32,000 bases of DNA from Acholeplasma laidlawii PG-8A. GTDB lineage: Bacteria; Bacillota_I; Bacilli_A; Acholeplasmatales; Acholeplasmataceae. The notes beneath the pieces are model-generated. The model worked only from the letters and a program-made list of their open reading frames with translations. It made no database searches and was not told the origin of the DNA. The position numbers and the translations under genes were made by a program. The stretch's first letter is position 1; the number at the start of each line of letters is the position of its first letter. The stretch lies in contig NC_010163.1 of NCBI RefSeq assembly GCF_000018785.1, positions 930,001-962,000 of the forward strand. The letters are read 5' to 3'. This document shows, piece by piece, positions 18,261 through 26,429 of this stretch.

Positions 18261-19619
18261 CTATTCACTTAAAATAACTTCTTCTTTACTATTTAATATG
18301 TCAAAATTTAATTCATTTTCTGATTTGGCAACAATAGTTGCCGCAACACCAGCACCAGTAACATTAATTAGTGTACGTCCCATATCAATTAATGGATCAA
18401 CTGCAATAATTAAAGCTATACCATCAATCGGTAACCCAAGTGCTGATAATACTACCGCTGCAGCAATGGTTGCAATACCTGGAACACCAGCAATTCCTAT
18501 TGCTGAAATGGTTGTAATCACTAAAAGTAATACGAACTCTACTGGTCCTATAGGAATACCATAAGCATTTGCAGTTAGTACTGCTACCATCGCTGGGAAA
18601 ATCCCTCCACAAGCATTCATACCTACATTAGCACTTAATGGTCCAACAAAGTTTGCAATACGATCAGATACCCCAACGCGTTTTGTTAAGGACTCCATAG
18701 TAACTGGTAAGGTACCATAGCTACTTTGAGAGGTAAACGCTAAAAACATTGCCGGAGAGAATTTTTGAACAAACTTGATTGGTGATACTTTCATAATCTT
18801 TAGTAAAAGCATTTGAACAAATACAAAATGGAAGATTAAAGCGCCATATATTAAGGCAATATATAAACCTAGTTGTTTCAATGTTTCTATATTACTTCTA
18901 CCCACAGCATAAGCCATAAATGAAAATACCGCATAAGGTGTTAATTTAATAACAAATTTTGTTACTCTTGTCATAATAGTATTTAATGAATTATTAAAGT
19001 CAACAAAAGGCTTAGTGCGTTCTGGATGTCTTACATTTTCAATAATGATTGCCACTGAAACAAATAGTGCAAGTACAATTACGGGTAATACGACATTACC
19101 AGATAAAGCTGCACCAATATTATTAGGGAAGAAATTTAAGATAACTGTTTCAATTGGCGTAATTTCTCTTACATATTCACCGATCGGTTCAAAATTACTG
19201 CCCAATCCTGGTATATATGCAAATAAGAATCCAATAACCGCACCAATAGTTGTTGTTATAAGTAACCAGAAGAAAGACTTAATACCAATGCTCTTTAGTT
19301 TTTGCATTGTCTCAAGTGATGTAAAACTCTTTATTACAGCTGTTAAAACAAGAGGTACAACAACCATTTGGATTAATCTTAAATATAATTGTCCAATCGG
19401 TCTTATTGTTGCAACAATTGTTGTTTCTTGACCATTAATGGTAGTTGTAGTTGGACCAAATAAAAATCCTATTAATATACCTAGAGTCATACCAATGATC
19501 ACTCTTAAACTAAATTTTAACTTTTTCTTACCTGTGAAGAAAATAAGTGCTATGACTACTAATGTAGTTAAGTACAGTACGCCTTTTTGCCATGAATCTA
19601 TTAAATAATTATCAAACAT
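18261..19619 (-). CDS. Dicarboxylate/amino acid:cation symporter (SDF/DAACS family)
   Basis: 452 aa. Family-like segments: FTSQSSYGTLPVT, MNACGGIFPAM, GIAGVPGIATIAA and DPLIDMGRTLINVTG. Confidence 0.85.
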   Translation of the reverse strand: MFDNYLIDSWQKGVLYLTTLVVIALIFFTGKKKLKFSLRVIIGMTLGILIGFLFGPTTTTINGQETTIVATIRPIGQLYLRLIQMVVVPLVLTAVIKSFTSLETMQKLKSIGIKSFFWLLITTTIGAVIGFLFAYIPGLGSNFEPIGEYVREITPIETVILNFFPNNIGAALSGNVVLPVIVLALFVSVAIIIENVRHPERTKPFVDFNNSLNTIMTRVTKFVIKLTPYAVFSFMAYAVGRSNIETLKQLGLYIALIYGALIFHFVFVQMLLLKIMKVSPIKFVQKFSPAMFLAFTSQSSYGTLPVTMESLTKRVGVSDRIANFVGPLSANVGMNACGGIFPAMVAVLTANAYGIPIGPVEFVLLLVITTISAIGIAGVPGIATIAAAVVLSALGLPIDGIALIIAVDPLIDMGRTLINVTGAGVAATIVAKSENELNFDILNSKEEVILSE

Positions 19620-19696
19620 GTGTTTTCCTCTTTTACTAATTATTTCGATATAGAAATATATTACTATACAGTTTCCTTAAGCTCAAATAAAAGGCA

Positions 19697-19726
19697 TTTT
19701 AAAAGCAGTTAAATATTAACTGCTTT
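19697..19726 (-). terminator. Hairpin terminator after the Nudix gene
   Basis: 11-bp stem AAAGCAGTTAA/TTAACTGCTTT (19702-19712 / 19716-19726). Short U-tract on the minus strand. Confidence 0.5.
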
Positions 19727-19755
19727 ATGTATTCGTGTAAAATATTGTGATTCTT

Positions 19756-20316
19756 TTACTTATTAAGTGTTTTTATATAAGTAAATAATTTCTGGTAGAT
19801 ATATATCATACGTTCTTCAGTTACGTGATTTAAAACATCATCTAAATCAAACCACTTAACTCCACTATTCTCATCAGCCTTTATAACTAGGTTCTCATCT
19901 TCATCAGCTATAAGTAAATAGGTTAAATTCATATGAATGTGGTCACCCACATATACACCCCGTTTTATATGGTTATAAACTAGGATATTATCTAATGACA
20001 CAGGTTCATGAAGCAGTGGCCTAACTTTCTTAACTCCTGTTTCTTCGGTTACCTCTTCTAATAATACATCTAAAAAATCAGGATTACCGTCACTATGTCC
20101 ACCAATCCAGCCCCAAGATTTATATATAAGGTGGTTAGCAAATAATACTTTATCTAATGTTTTATTTAGAATAATTGCTGAATTGGAAAAATGAGCAATA
20201 AGGTTTGTTCTAAATAGTGCATCATCATTATTTCTAGCAAAGTCTAACATTGCCTTTTTATCAATTGCTTCTTGTTCATTTTTGGGTTGATAGTTTTCTA
20301 TTGTCTTAATATGCAT
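19756..20316 (-). CDS. Nudix-family hydrolase
   Basis: 186 aa with a Nudix-box-like GGHSDGNPDFLDVLLEEVTEETGV. The ExEExGV part is clear; the front half is degenerate. Confidence 0.7.
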   Translation of the reverse strand: MHIKTIENYQPKNEQEAIDKKAMLDFARNNDDALFRTNLIAHFSNSAIILNKTLDKVLFANHLIYKSWGWIGGHSDGNPDFLDVLLEEVTEETGVKKVRPLLHEPVSLDNILVYNHIKRGVYVGDHIHMNLTYLLIADEDENLVIKADENSGVKWFDLDDVLNHVTEERMIYIYQKLFTYIKTLNK

Positions 20317-20490
20317 CTGTATTTTCTCAATTCTTTACTTGGTATCTAGTATAAATATAGCATAATTTCATCAAGTTATCAACGAAGCAATGGTGCACAC
20401 TTGTTTTATTTAGGCATCTCAATAATAATCTTTCCCATCACTTTCGTGAATCACCTCTAAAAATACAGGATATTTAAAATATTGTATAAT

Positions 20491-20805
20491 TTATGAAAAT
20501 AACTTATATTTTTTATAATACCTTAAAATTGGAAGTCCCATTAATAATCCTCCAATAATAATTGGAATAATCATTAGTATAGGAACAATATCCTGAATAT
20601 AGACGATCTGGTTAACCCATGAATATCCTAGAAGAAACAGAATAAGTATTCCCAACCAAATCAAACCAGATGAAAAAACATATAAGAATAGTGTTTGAAA
20701 GCTAAATTTTTCAATTTTGCTTCTATTAAAGAATATATATACATAGTTTATAACTACTCCAAATACAGGAATACACATCAAATATAACATTTTTTTATCT
20801 ATCAT
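20491..20805 (-). CDS. Small membrane protein (3 TM helices), unknown function
   Basis: ATG at 20805-20803 overlaps (ATGA) the stop of the upstream read-through frame. The ORF track begins 6 nt earlier at a TTG. Hydrophobic throughout. Confidence 0.55.
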   Translation of the reverse strand: MIDKKMLYLMCIPVFGVVINYVYIFFNRSKIEKFSFQTLFLYVFSSGLIWLGILILFLLGYSWVNQIVYIQDIVPILMIIPIIIGGLLMGLPILRYYKKYKLFS

Positions 20806-21182
20806 GACCAAAACCTTCCATTAAATAAGTCTTCAAAAAATTCTACCCAGTCTATTTCTAGATAGACCTCACCACAAGCACCAATAGCGGCACCAACCCT
20901 TATTCCTTGAGAAAAATCAATAGTAATTCCCCAACCAACATAAGTTTCAACTCCAATCGATACTGAATCTCCTAATCTAATTCCTGCTTCACCTCAAATA
21001 ATCTTAATTATTCCAGAAAATCCGGCTCCAAGTTTTGCATTTGCAACAATCGTTTCTTCAATTGTTTTTGTTGTAAATAACATAATAAAACAACCCACTA
21101 TAATAAATAGTGAAAATGGAATCATAAATATACTTAATATTTTGATAGCTACAGTTGGACCTTTTGGCTTTGTAACAACCAT
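20802..21182 (-). pseudogene. TM-anchored glycine-rich protein gene interrupted by one in-frame TGA (20996-20994)
   Basis: A 62-codon ORF (MVVTKPKG...GIIKII) ends at TGA. The same frame then stays open for another 63 codons (GEAGIRLGDSVSIGVETYVGWGITIDFSQGIRVGAAIGACGEVYLEIDWVEFFEDLFNGRFWS) with no internal start. It ends in an ATGA overlap with the next gene. Confidence 0.55.
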
Positions 21183-21203
21183 TATGAATACCTCTTATAT
21201 CTT

Positions 21204-21909
21204 TCATCTAATCTTTTTATTTACTATTTCTTTTAATTTAATCATATTAGATATCTCATAATCTGGAATAATATTAGAATCGTTTATATTTTGATTAGGG
21301 TTATACCATACAGATTTTATATTTGCATTTTTTGCTACTAATATATCATTAGTTAATGAATCACCCACAACTAATGCTTCAGTAGCATTTAAATTTGTAT
21401 ATCTTAATATACTTTTAAATATTTTAGGATTTGGTTTATTAACACTCACTTCTTCAGATGCAACTATACGCGTTATATATTTACCAAATGATGTATTTAT
21501 TATTCTTGGATACTGTAAGTCAACTAAACCATTTGTTGCAACACAAACTATTATTTCATTATCATATAGATACTTAACAATTTTATGAGATGATTCTAAT
21601 GGAAATACTGCTTGTTTAAATCCTTCCATGTAAAGTTTGTTTGCAAGTGCAGAATCAATCGAATCAATCTCGCATATTTCAAAAAGAAGTTTAAATCTAA
21701 AAATAGGGATATCTTTATTTGCGACTTGTATATCATTATAACTGCCCGTCTCCCATAAACTATGATCTATTTTAGAAAACGTAGAAAAAAGATCAAAACT
21801 CGGTATTATATTTAGTTTATTACACATATACTCTAATCCAAATTGTTCACATTTTAAAAAAGTCTATCAATGTATTATCAGCATCAAAAATCACTAATTT
21901 ATACGACAT
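21204..21909 (-). pseudogene. HAD-superfamily hydrolase (YjjG-like nucleotidase type) split by a frameshift in a T6A4 run
   Basis: ATG at 21909 follows AGGAG and encodes MSYKLVIFDADNTLIDFFKM*, which contains HAD motif I (DxDxT). The rest of the protein, including VVGDSLTNDI, continues in the +1 frame (21204-21827). Both frames are open across GACTTTTTTAAAATG (T6A4 = complement of 21852-21861). Confidence 0.75.
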
Positions 21910-21985
21910 AGTTTTCTCCTTTCAACATTCACTTACATTTACTCATTTAACCCTATATTAAGCCTATTTATTGAAAAAATACATA

Positions 21986-22456
21986 CTACCTTTGCATAAT
22001 CTTATTATGTTTCGAGTATAATTCAGAAAACATTTTATAATTATCCTGTAAATGGGAAATACCAAATATTCGTTTCTTACCTAAATATACACGATATGCT
22101 GTTTTATAATCGATAACACGTAAGTCTTGATATAAATATTTTTTCTTTCTACCAAACAAGTTAGTGTGTATACAATATGTATCAAATACTTCTATTTTCC
22201 AGTTTATATTGTTGATAAGTAAAAATAGTGAACCTAAAAAAATAATACCCAGAAATGCAAGGGCAGCTATTGCACCTTCAATATCGCTACTTAAAGCTTC
22301 CTTTTCAAATACAATTAAGTATAGTGCTACAAATAATAGTCCAACTAATACTATCGGAAGTATTTTATTATATATTAAGGGTTGCTTGATGATAAATTTA
22401 TTCGTATCATCCATAACTTTTGGGTTGTTGTTTATTTTCAAATATAACTCCTCCAT
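21986..22456 (-). CDS. Membrane protein (2 TM helices + about 80-aa soluble C-terminal domain), unknown function
   Basis: 156-aa ORF with two hydrophobic helices. No SD seen before the ATG. Confidence 0.5.
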   Translation of the reverse strand: MEELYLKINNNPKVMDDTNKFIIKQPLIYNKILPIVLVGLLFVALYLIVFEKEALSSDIEGAIAALAFLGIIFLGSLFLLINNINWKIEVFDTYCIHTNLFGRKKKYLYQDLRVIDYKTAYRVYLGKKRIFGISHLQDNYKMFSELYSKHNKIMQR

Positions 22457-22563
22457 TTTTTATTATCTATGCCTTACTTTAAATTAATTAAATTGTATTT
22501 ATGTTGTTTTATCAATATATAATTTCTTTGATACCTTGAACTTTGATTTAATTACCTAATTTC

Positions 22564-23445
22564 TTATATACCTAAAATTGTAAAACAACCGGATTCATAA
22601 ATACTTTCTTCTGCCCAGAGTCGTAATTCATCTATTATTACTTTAACCATCTCATTTTCGTAGATCACCTGATTTAGTATAGTATTCCAAGTTGTCTCAT
22701 TAACTAAACTTTTTCCAAAATAATCATAATTTGGAATAACTCTCGAAAAAAACTCACCCATCTTATGTTTTTCCATGATATCTTCATGCAACAATATCGA
22801 TGTTTTATCCCAATACACATCTTTTTTGTCTCCCGTTTGAAATTCATGATATGCTGTACCAATCTTTTGTCTCGGTAAAACAAAATATTGAAGTGGTTTT
22901 CCATTAAGTGTATACTCTTCATTTATTGAATTTAATCTTCTTACTGCAAATATTTCAGCTTCATGATAGTTATCAAAATTGAAATAAGCTTGATTATACT
23001 CTTTATACCAATGTGGTAACATCTCTTTATATACATCAAGAATCTTAAGTGCAAAGTTAATTGAATAGGTATATTCAGTAACTCTAAATGAATTGTCATC
23101 TTTATGAATGAATAATATACTTTTTTCATCATTTGATGTATATTTTTTTATATAATTAACACCTTCTAATTGTTTTATACCGATTTTTTCAATCAATACA
23201 TCAGTATTTAACAATCTATCCGTTTCATCAAAATATAATCCTGTATGCGTAAAACCTGTATTTTTAATGGTAATTAGTTGGAAATTATTTTTAAGTTCAT
23301 ACACTATAAAATGCAAATCTAGTGTTTTATTGTAAACTAAGCTATATGTTGACTTAGTAACCTTATCTTTTAGAAATTTTTTATATCTAATAATCTTCTT
23401 TTCTTTAATGGTTATAGAGTCTTCAAATATATTTATGTCATTCAA
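22564..23445 (-). CDS. Hypothetical cytoplasmic protein, 293 aa
   Basis: Long ORF in an AT-rich context. The only start is a TTG overlapping the TGA of the upstream 71-aa ORF (TTGA). No family recognised. Confidence 0.55.
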   Translation of the reverse strand: MNDINIFEDSITIKEKKIIRYKKFLKDKVTKSTYSLVYNKTLDLHFIVYELKNNFQLITIKNTGFTHTGLYFDETDRLLNTDVLIEKIGIKQLEGVNYIKKYTSNDEKSILFIHKDDNSFRVTEYTYSINFALKILDVYKEMLPHWYKEYNQAYFNFDNYHEAEIFAVRRLNSINEEYTLNGKPLQYFVLPRQKIGTAYHEFQTGDKKDVYWDKTSILLHEDIMEKHKMGEFFSRVIPNYDYFGKSLVNETTWNTILNQVIYENEMVKVIIDELRLWAEESIYESGCFTILGI

Positions 23446-23657
23446 AAATACTTTTGATTATAAGCTATATAATAACTATCATAATAGTTACCTTTTATGG
23501 TTAGAACCATAAAAAAGATACTTGATATACCTGTTATGATTGTTTGAAATAAATCATAATTTGATTTACCAAAAATATATAAAATCAAAGACCCTATACT
23601 AAGTACACCAAATAAAATTGTAAATGAAAATGAAATTAAGAACTTTTTTACCTTCAT
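23442..23657 (-). CDS. Small two-TM membrane protein, 71 aa
   Basis: ATG is preceded by GGGGAG. Two hydrophobic helices. Stop overlaps the start of the 293-aa ORF. Confidence 0.55.
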   Translation of the reverse strand: MKVKKFLISFSFTILFGVLSIGSLILYIFGKSNYDLFQTIITGISSIFFMVLTIKGNYYDSYYIAYNQKYF

Positions 23658-23732
23658 GTCGTGCTCCCCATTTATTTAATTAACCCATCAAAGACTCTCT
23701 ACTTTTGCGCATAATTTATCCTTATATCTTTG

Positions 23733-24266
23733 TTACACTACTTTATCTCTGGTTTCTTCAAAATACTCTTCAAGTAAATAATTAGCCCATCTATTCGCTT
23801 CAATTTCTAGACTTCTATCCTTTCTTTTGTCTATTTCCATAAAAAACCATTGATAATAATGTGTTAATTCATGAGTTATTGTAAACAAAATATTCTTCAT
23901 TTCAGTATCTTTTTTATTGATTGGAACATAGTGATATTTACCAGTTGCAATCCAAATAAATGGATTTTTTTTAATATGATCTTCGTAATAATAAAAATCT
24001 CCAATAGTTTTTTTTGTTGAGTTTTCCTTCTCAAAAAATTCATTGTTAGACTTGATGAAAATGGTACATCTAATAGGAAAGTAGTATCTCCTTCTCAAAA
24101 ACTTAATAAAGTCGATAATTTTTTCTCTTAATTCCTGGACGATATATTCTGAAAACTTCATTCGCAGTCCATTTTCACTTCCATTGAAGTATATTTTCTT
24201 AAATTCCTTATCTATCCACACTTTGTTGATCACCTTTTCTTTTACCAACATTTTACTAATCATCAT
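23733..24266 (-). CDS. ImmA/IrrE-like (COG2856-type) HExxH zinc metallopeptidase-fold protein
   Basis: C-terminal THELTHYYQWF, then about 15 aa later SLEIEANRWANYLLEEY (HExxH ... ExEANxxA pattern). First ATG taken as start; the ORF track begins at an upstream TTG (24272). Confidence 0.5.
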   Translation of the reverse strand: MMISKMLVKEKVINKVWIDKEFKKIYFNGSENGLRMKFSEYIVQELREKIIDFIKFLRRRYYFPIRCTIFIKSNNEFFEKENSTKKTIGDFYYYEDHIKKNPFIWIATGKYHYVPINKKDTEMKNILFTITHELTHYYQWFFMEIDKRKDRSLEIEANRWANYLLEEYFEETRDKVV

Positions 24267-24331
24267 GGTCAATAATCTTAAAAACTATCCCTATAATGAT
24301 ATCTAGTAAAAAAGGTATAACACTTAATCGA

Positions 24332-24364
24332 ATTATACCATTATTAGTTGCTTTATCTCAACAA
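24332..24364 (-). promoter_or_regulatory. Candidate extended -10 promoter (TTGAGA-18-TGGTATAAT) for the HExxH gene
   Basis: Minus strand: TGGTATAAT = complement of 24332-24340. TTGAGA lies 18 nt upstream of TATAAT. Confidence 0.45.
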
Positions 24365-24574
24365 TATATCAAATATACTTTAAATACATTTTAAATGTAT
24401 GTTGTCTCTACTTTGAGATGTCCATACACACGTATTATTGGCTAACTAATTTAAACATAGAAAATCATCACTACAGTCAAGCACTTCAAAAGATAAATTA
24501 CTTATAGATAATATTAATCAGCAAATTATTTTGAGAAGTTTAAGAAGGATTTTCTTGGACTCTATTGATCACAT

Positions 24575-24618
24575 TATAAACAATAAAGAGCCCCTAGAAA
24601 ATAAATTCTAAGGACTCT
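24575..24618 (-). terminator. Intrinsic terminator after the 128-aa ORF
   Basis: 11-bp stem (2 G-U pairs) AGAGUCCUUAG/CUAGGGGCUCU (24618-24608 / 24597-24587), followed by UUAUUGUUUAU. Starts 5 nt after the stop codon. Confidence 0.6.
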
Positions 24619-24622
24619 AATT

Positions 24623-25009
24623 TTACTTATCAACGAATATTATGTATTTAGGTGAACCATACCCAATCTCTTCTTTAATAAATATTGCATGATTAAATAG
24701 TAGTATGTATGTTCCACCGCCAAATAAAGTATGATTAAGTGCCTTTTCGGGATGCACAAACTGTCCATCTATTTTCTCGTCATCAGAAATTACATAAATC
24801 GGACTCATAACTTTGCCTATAAGAAGATATTTGTAGATATCTTCATCACTTTTAAAAGATGCTTCTTTAAAATTATGTGACAAAATTGATGGTATTTTAC
24901 GGATAGAATCACCTCTCTTTTCACTATTAAATAACTCATAAATGACTCTATTCCTTTTGTTTTTATCGATGAATTTTTTCACAAACATTTCTTCTGTATT
25001 TTTATCCAT
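24623..25009 (-). CDS. Hypothetical protein, 128 aa, co-transcribed with the TerS-like gene
   Basis: ORF begins 19 nt after the stop of the upstream gene and is followed by a terminator. No family recognised. Confidence 0.5.
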   Translation of the reverse strand: MDKNTEEMFVKKFIDKNKRNRVIYELFNSEKRGDSIRKIPSILSHNFKEASFKSDEDIYKYLLIGKVMSPIYVISDDEKIDGQFVHPEKALNHTLFGGGTYILLFNHAIFIKEEIGYGSPKYIIFVDK

Positions 25010-25028
25010 AATTTCTTGTATATGAGAT

Positions 25029-25586
25029 CTATGATACTAATATGTTTAACAAGTTCATACCTGAAAATATTTGAATTGATACCATTTTCTTGTACTTTAT
25101 GTTCTTTGTAGTTATTATATCATCTATCGTCCACTCTTCCTTACTTGCTTTAATCTTTTCTTCTAGAATTTTTAGTTCATATGCCTTGTCACTATATTCT
25201 CTACCGAAGTGTTTAGTTAATAAATACACAGCTGAGTATTTATCAGCTGGTATATGTCTCGTAGTTCTTACAATCTTTCTTCTTGGTGCTCTAGTTTTAC
25301 CAGCATCATCTATATGCTGTGTTTCTTCTGTAACATCATAGCCTATCGCTCTTTTATAAAGTGCACCCGTTAGATCCATCTTTAAATTAATCTTTGCTTC
25401 AAATTGTGCTTTTTCAATTTCCGGATACTTTCTTTTTAGTCTTGTAAAAGTATCTTGAGTAATTCCTAAGTGCTTACACATTTCTTTTTGTGTGACTAAC
25501 TTTCTTGAACACTCTTTTATAAATTCAAAGACTTCATCTAGTTTTCTTGTTTCAACCCAAAGTTGATATGTGTCTTTATTTGCCAT
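25029..25586 (-). CDS. Phage terminase small subunit-like HTH protein (orphan)
   Basis: N-terminal HTH (TQKEMCKHLGITQDTFTRLKR), then ALYKRAIGYDVTEETQHIDDAGK...RKIVRTTRHIPADKYSAVYLLTKHFGREYSDK. This matches, from memory, the ALxKRAxGYxxxE ... KHxPPDxxAxxFWLKN pattern of Firmicute phage TerS proteins. Confidence 0.6.
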   Translation of the reverse strand: MANKDTYQLWVETRKLDEVFEFIKECSRKLVTQKEMCKHLGITQDTFTRLKRKYPEIEKAQFEAKINLKMDLTGALYKRAIGYDVTEETQHIDDAGKTRAPRRKIVRTTRHIPADKYSAVYLLTKHFGREYSDKAYELKILEEKIKASKEEWTIDDIITTKNIKYKKMVSIQIFSGMNLLNILVS

Positions 25587-25639
25587 AAATAAATCAATCC
25601 TCTCATTAGTACAAGTTTTGAGATTCTACGAATTTTCGC

Positions 25640-25669
25640 AAGAAAAAAAGGAACAATAATTGCTCCTTT
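25640..25669 (-). terminator. Hairpin plus U7 terminator/attenuator 54 nt upstream of the TerS-like start codon
   Basis: Minus strand AAAGGAGCAA-UUA-UUGUUCCUUU (10 bp, one G-U) followed by UUUUCUUGCG. On the plus strand the helix has an A-C mismatch, so it favours the minus strand. Confidence 0.55.
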
Positions 25670-25897
25670 TAATCCTAGACTTTTAAAGCCAGATATCCTA
25701 GGGTAACTGTAGTATACGCTAAAACGTATCATTTGTAGTGTAGCCAATAGCGTACAAATAAACTTTATTTAACTCTTTTTATTCATTTTTTTATATGTGT
25801 TCAAATATATATCAACAGTATTTCAAGCGTATATTATTAATATATCAATACTACTTGAAGTTTGGCGTCAACACTAATTACTGGAAATGAGAATTAC

Positions 25898-25940
25898 TAA
25901 CAAAAAGAGGATCATCACCTCAGTGAATCACCTCTTTTAT
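25898..25940 (-). terminator. Intrinsic terminator closing the XRE/ZnR/SPFH/lipoprotein/147-aa operon
   Basis: Outer 8-bp helix AAAAGAGG/CCTCTTTT (25903-25910 / 25931-25938) plus inner TCAC/GTGA helix. UUUUUGUUAG follows on the minus strand. Begins 4 nt after the stop at 25944. Confidence 0.6.
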
Positions 25941-25943
25941 CAT

Positions 25944-26387
25944 TTATGGCTTTAACAGTTTACTCACATATAACAGTTCTGTTTCTGAATAGTTTTCTGA
26001 ATAATAATAGAGATAAACATAACTTTCAAAATACTTTGATTTTAACATTTCAGTAGTTTTATGATATTTATGTTTTTCTGTCATCCGAATAAATTCAACA
26101 TCGTCATTTAATGTAACAAAAATTTTAATGTTTCTCATTGCACCATTATCTATATCTGAAAGGACTTTTTCAAGATCACTTTCTTCAACAACTCTCAGTA
26201 AAATTTGACGACTATTAAGGACCGTTTTTTTGCTAATATTTTCTAAATTTTGATGATTATAATCATCAACTATAATCAAAATCTTACTATTTTTGATACT
26301 CAAAAACAACTTTTCTTTTAACACCTTTAAACAAGTGTCATTTACATCATTTTTGATTATACTATAATTTAATGTCTTATATCTCAT
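25944..26387 (-). CDS. Hypothetical protein, 147 aa (last gene of the operon)
   Basis: ATG preceded by AGGAGAA. 42-nt gap from the lipoprotein gene. No family recognised. Confidence 0.55.
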   Translation of the reverse strand: MRYKTLNYSIIKNDVNDTCLKVLKEKLFLSIKNSKILIIVDDYNHQNLENISKKTVLNSRQILLRVVEESDLEKVLSDIDNGAMRNIKIFVTLNDDVEFIRMTEKHKYHKTTEMLKSKYFESYVYLYYYSENYSETELLYVSKLLKP

Positions 26388-26429
26388 AACAATTCTCCTA
26401 ATATTTTGTATCAGTTCATAAATAAAAAA

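Noticed and set aside
18424-18612. 62-aa minus-strand ORF inside the SDF symporter gene in another frame
   Set aside because: It overlaps a strongly supported transporter CDS on the same strand, and its Cys/Trp/Ser-rich translation is typical of an off-frame artefact.
22704-23132. Two minus-strand ORFs (72 and 63 aa) inside the 293-aa ORF in alternative frames
   Set aside because: They lie entirely within a longer same-strand ORF and have no SD, so they are off-frame artefacts.
25538-25747. 69-aa minus-strand ORF spanning the leader of the TerS-like gene
   Set aside because: It runs through the hairpin/U7 terminator and overlaps the TerS-like start. It has no SD and an odd composition. The region is better explained as untranslated leader.
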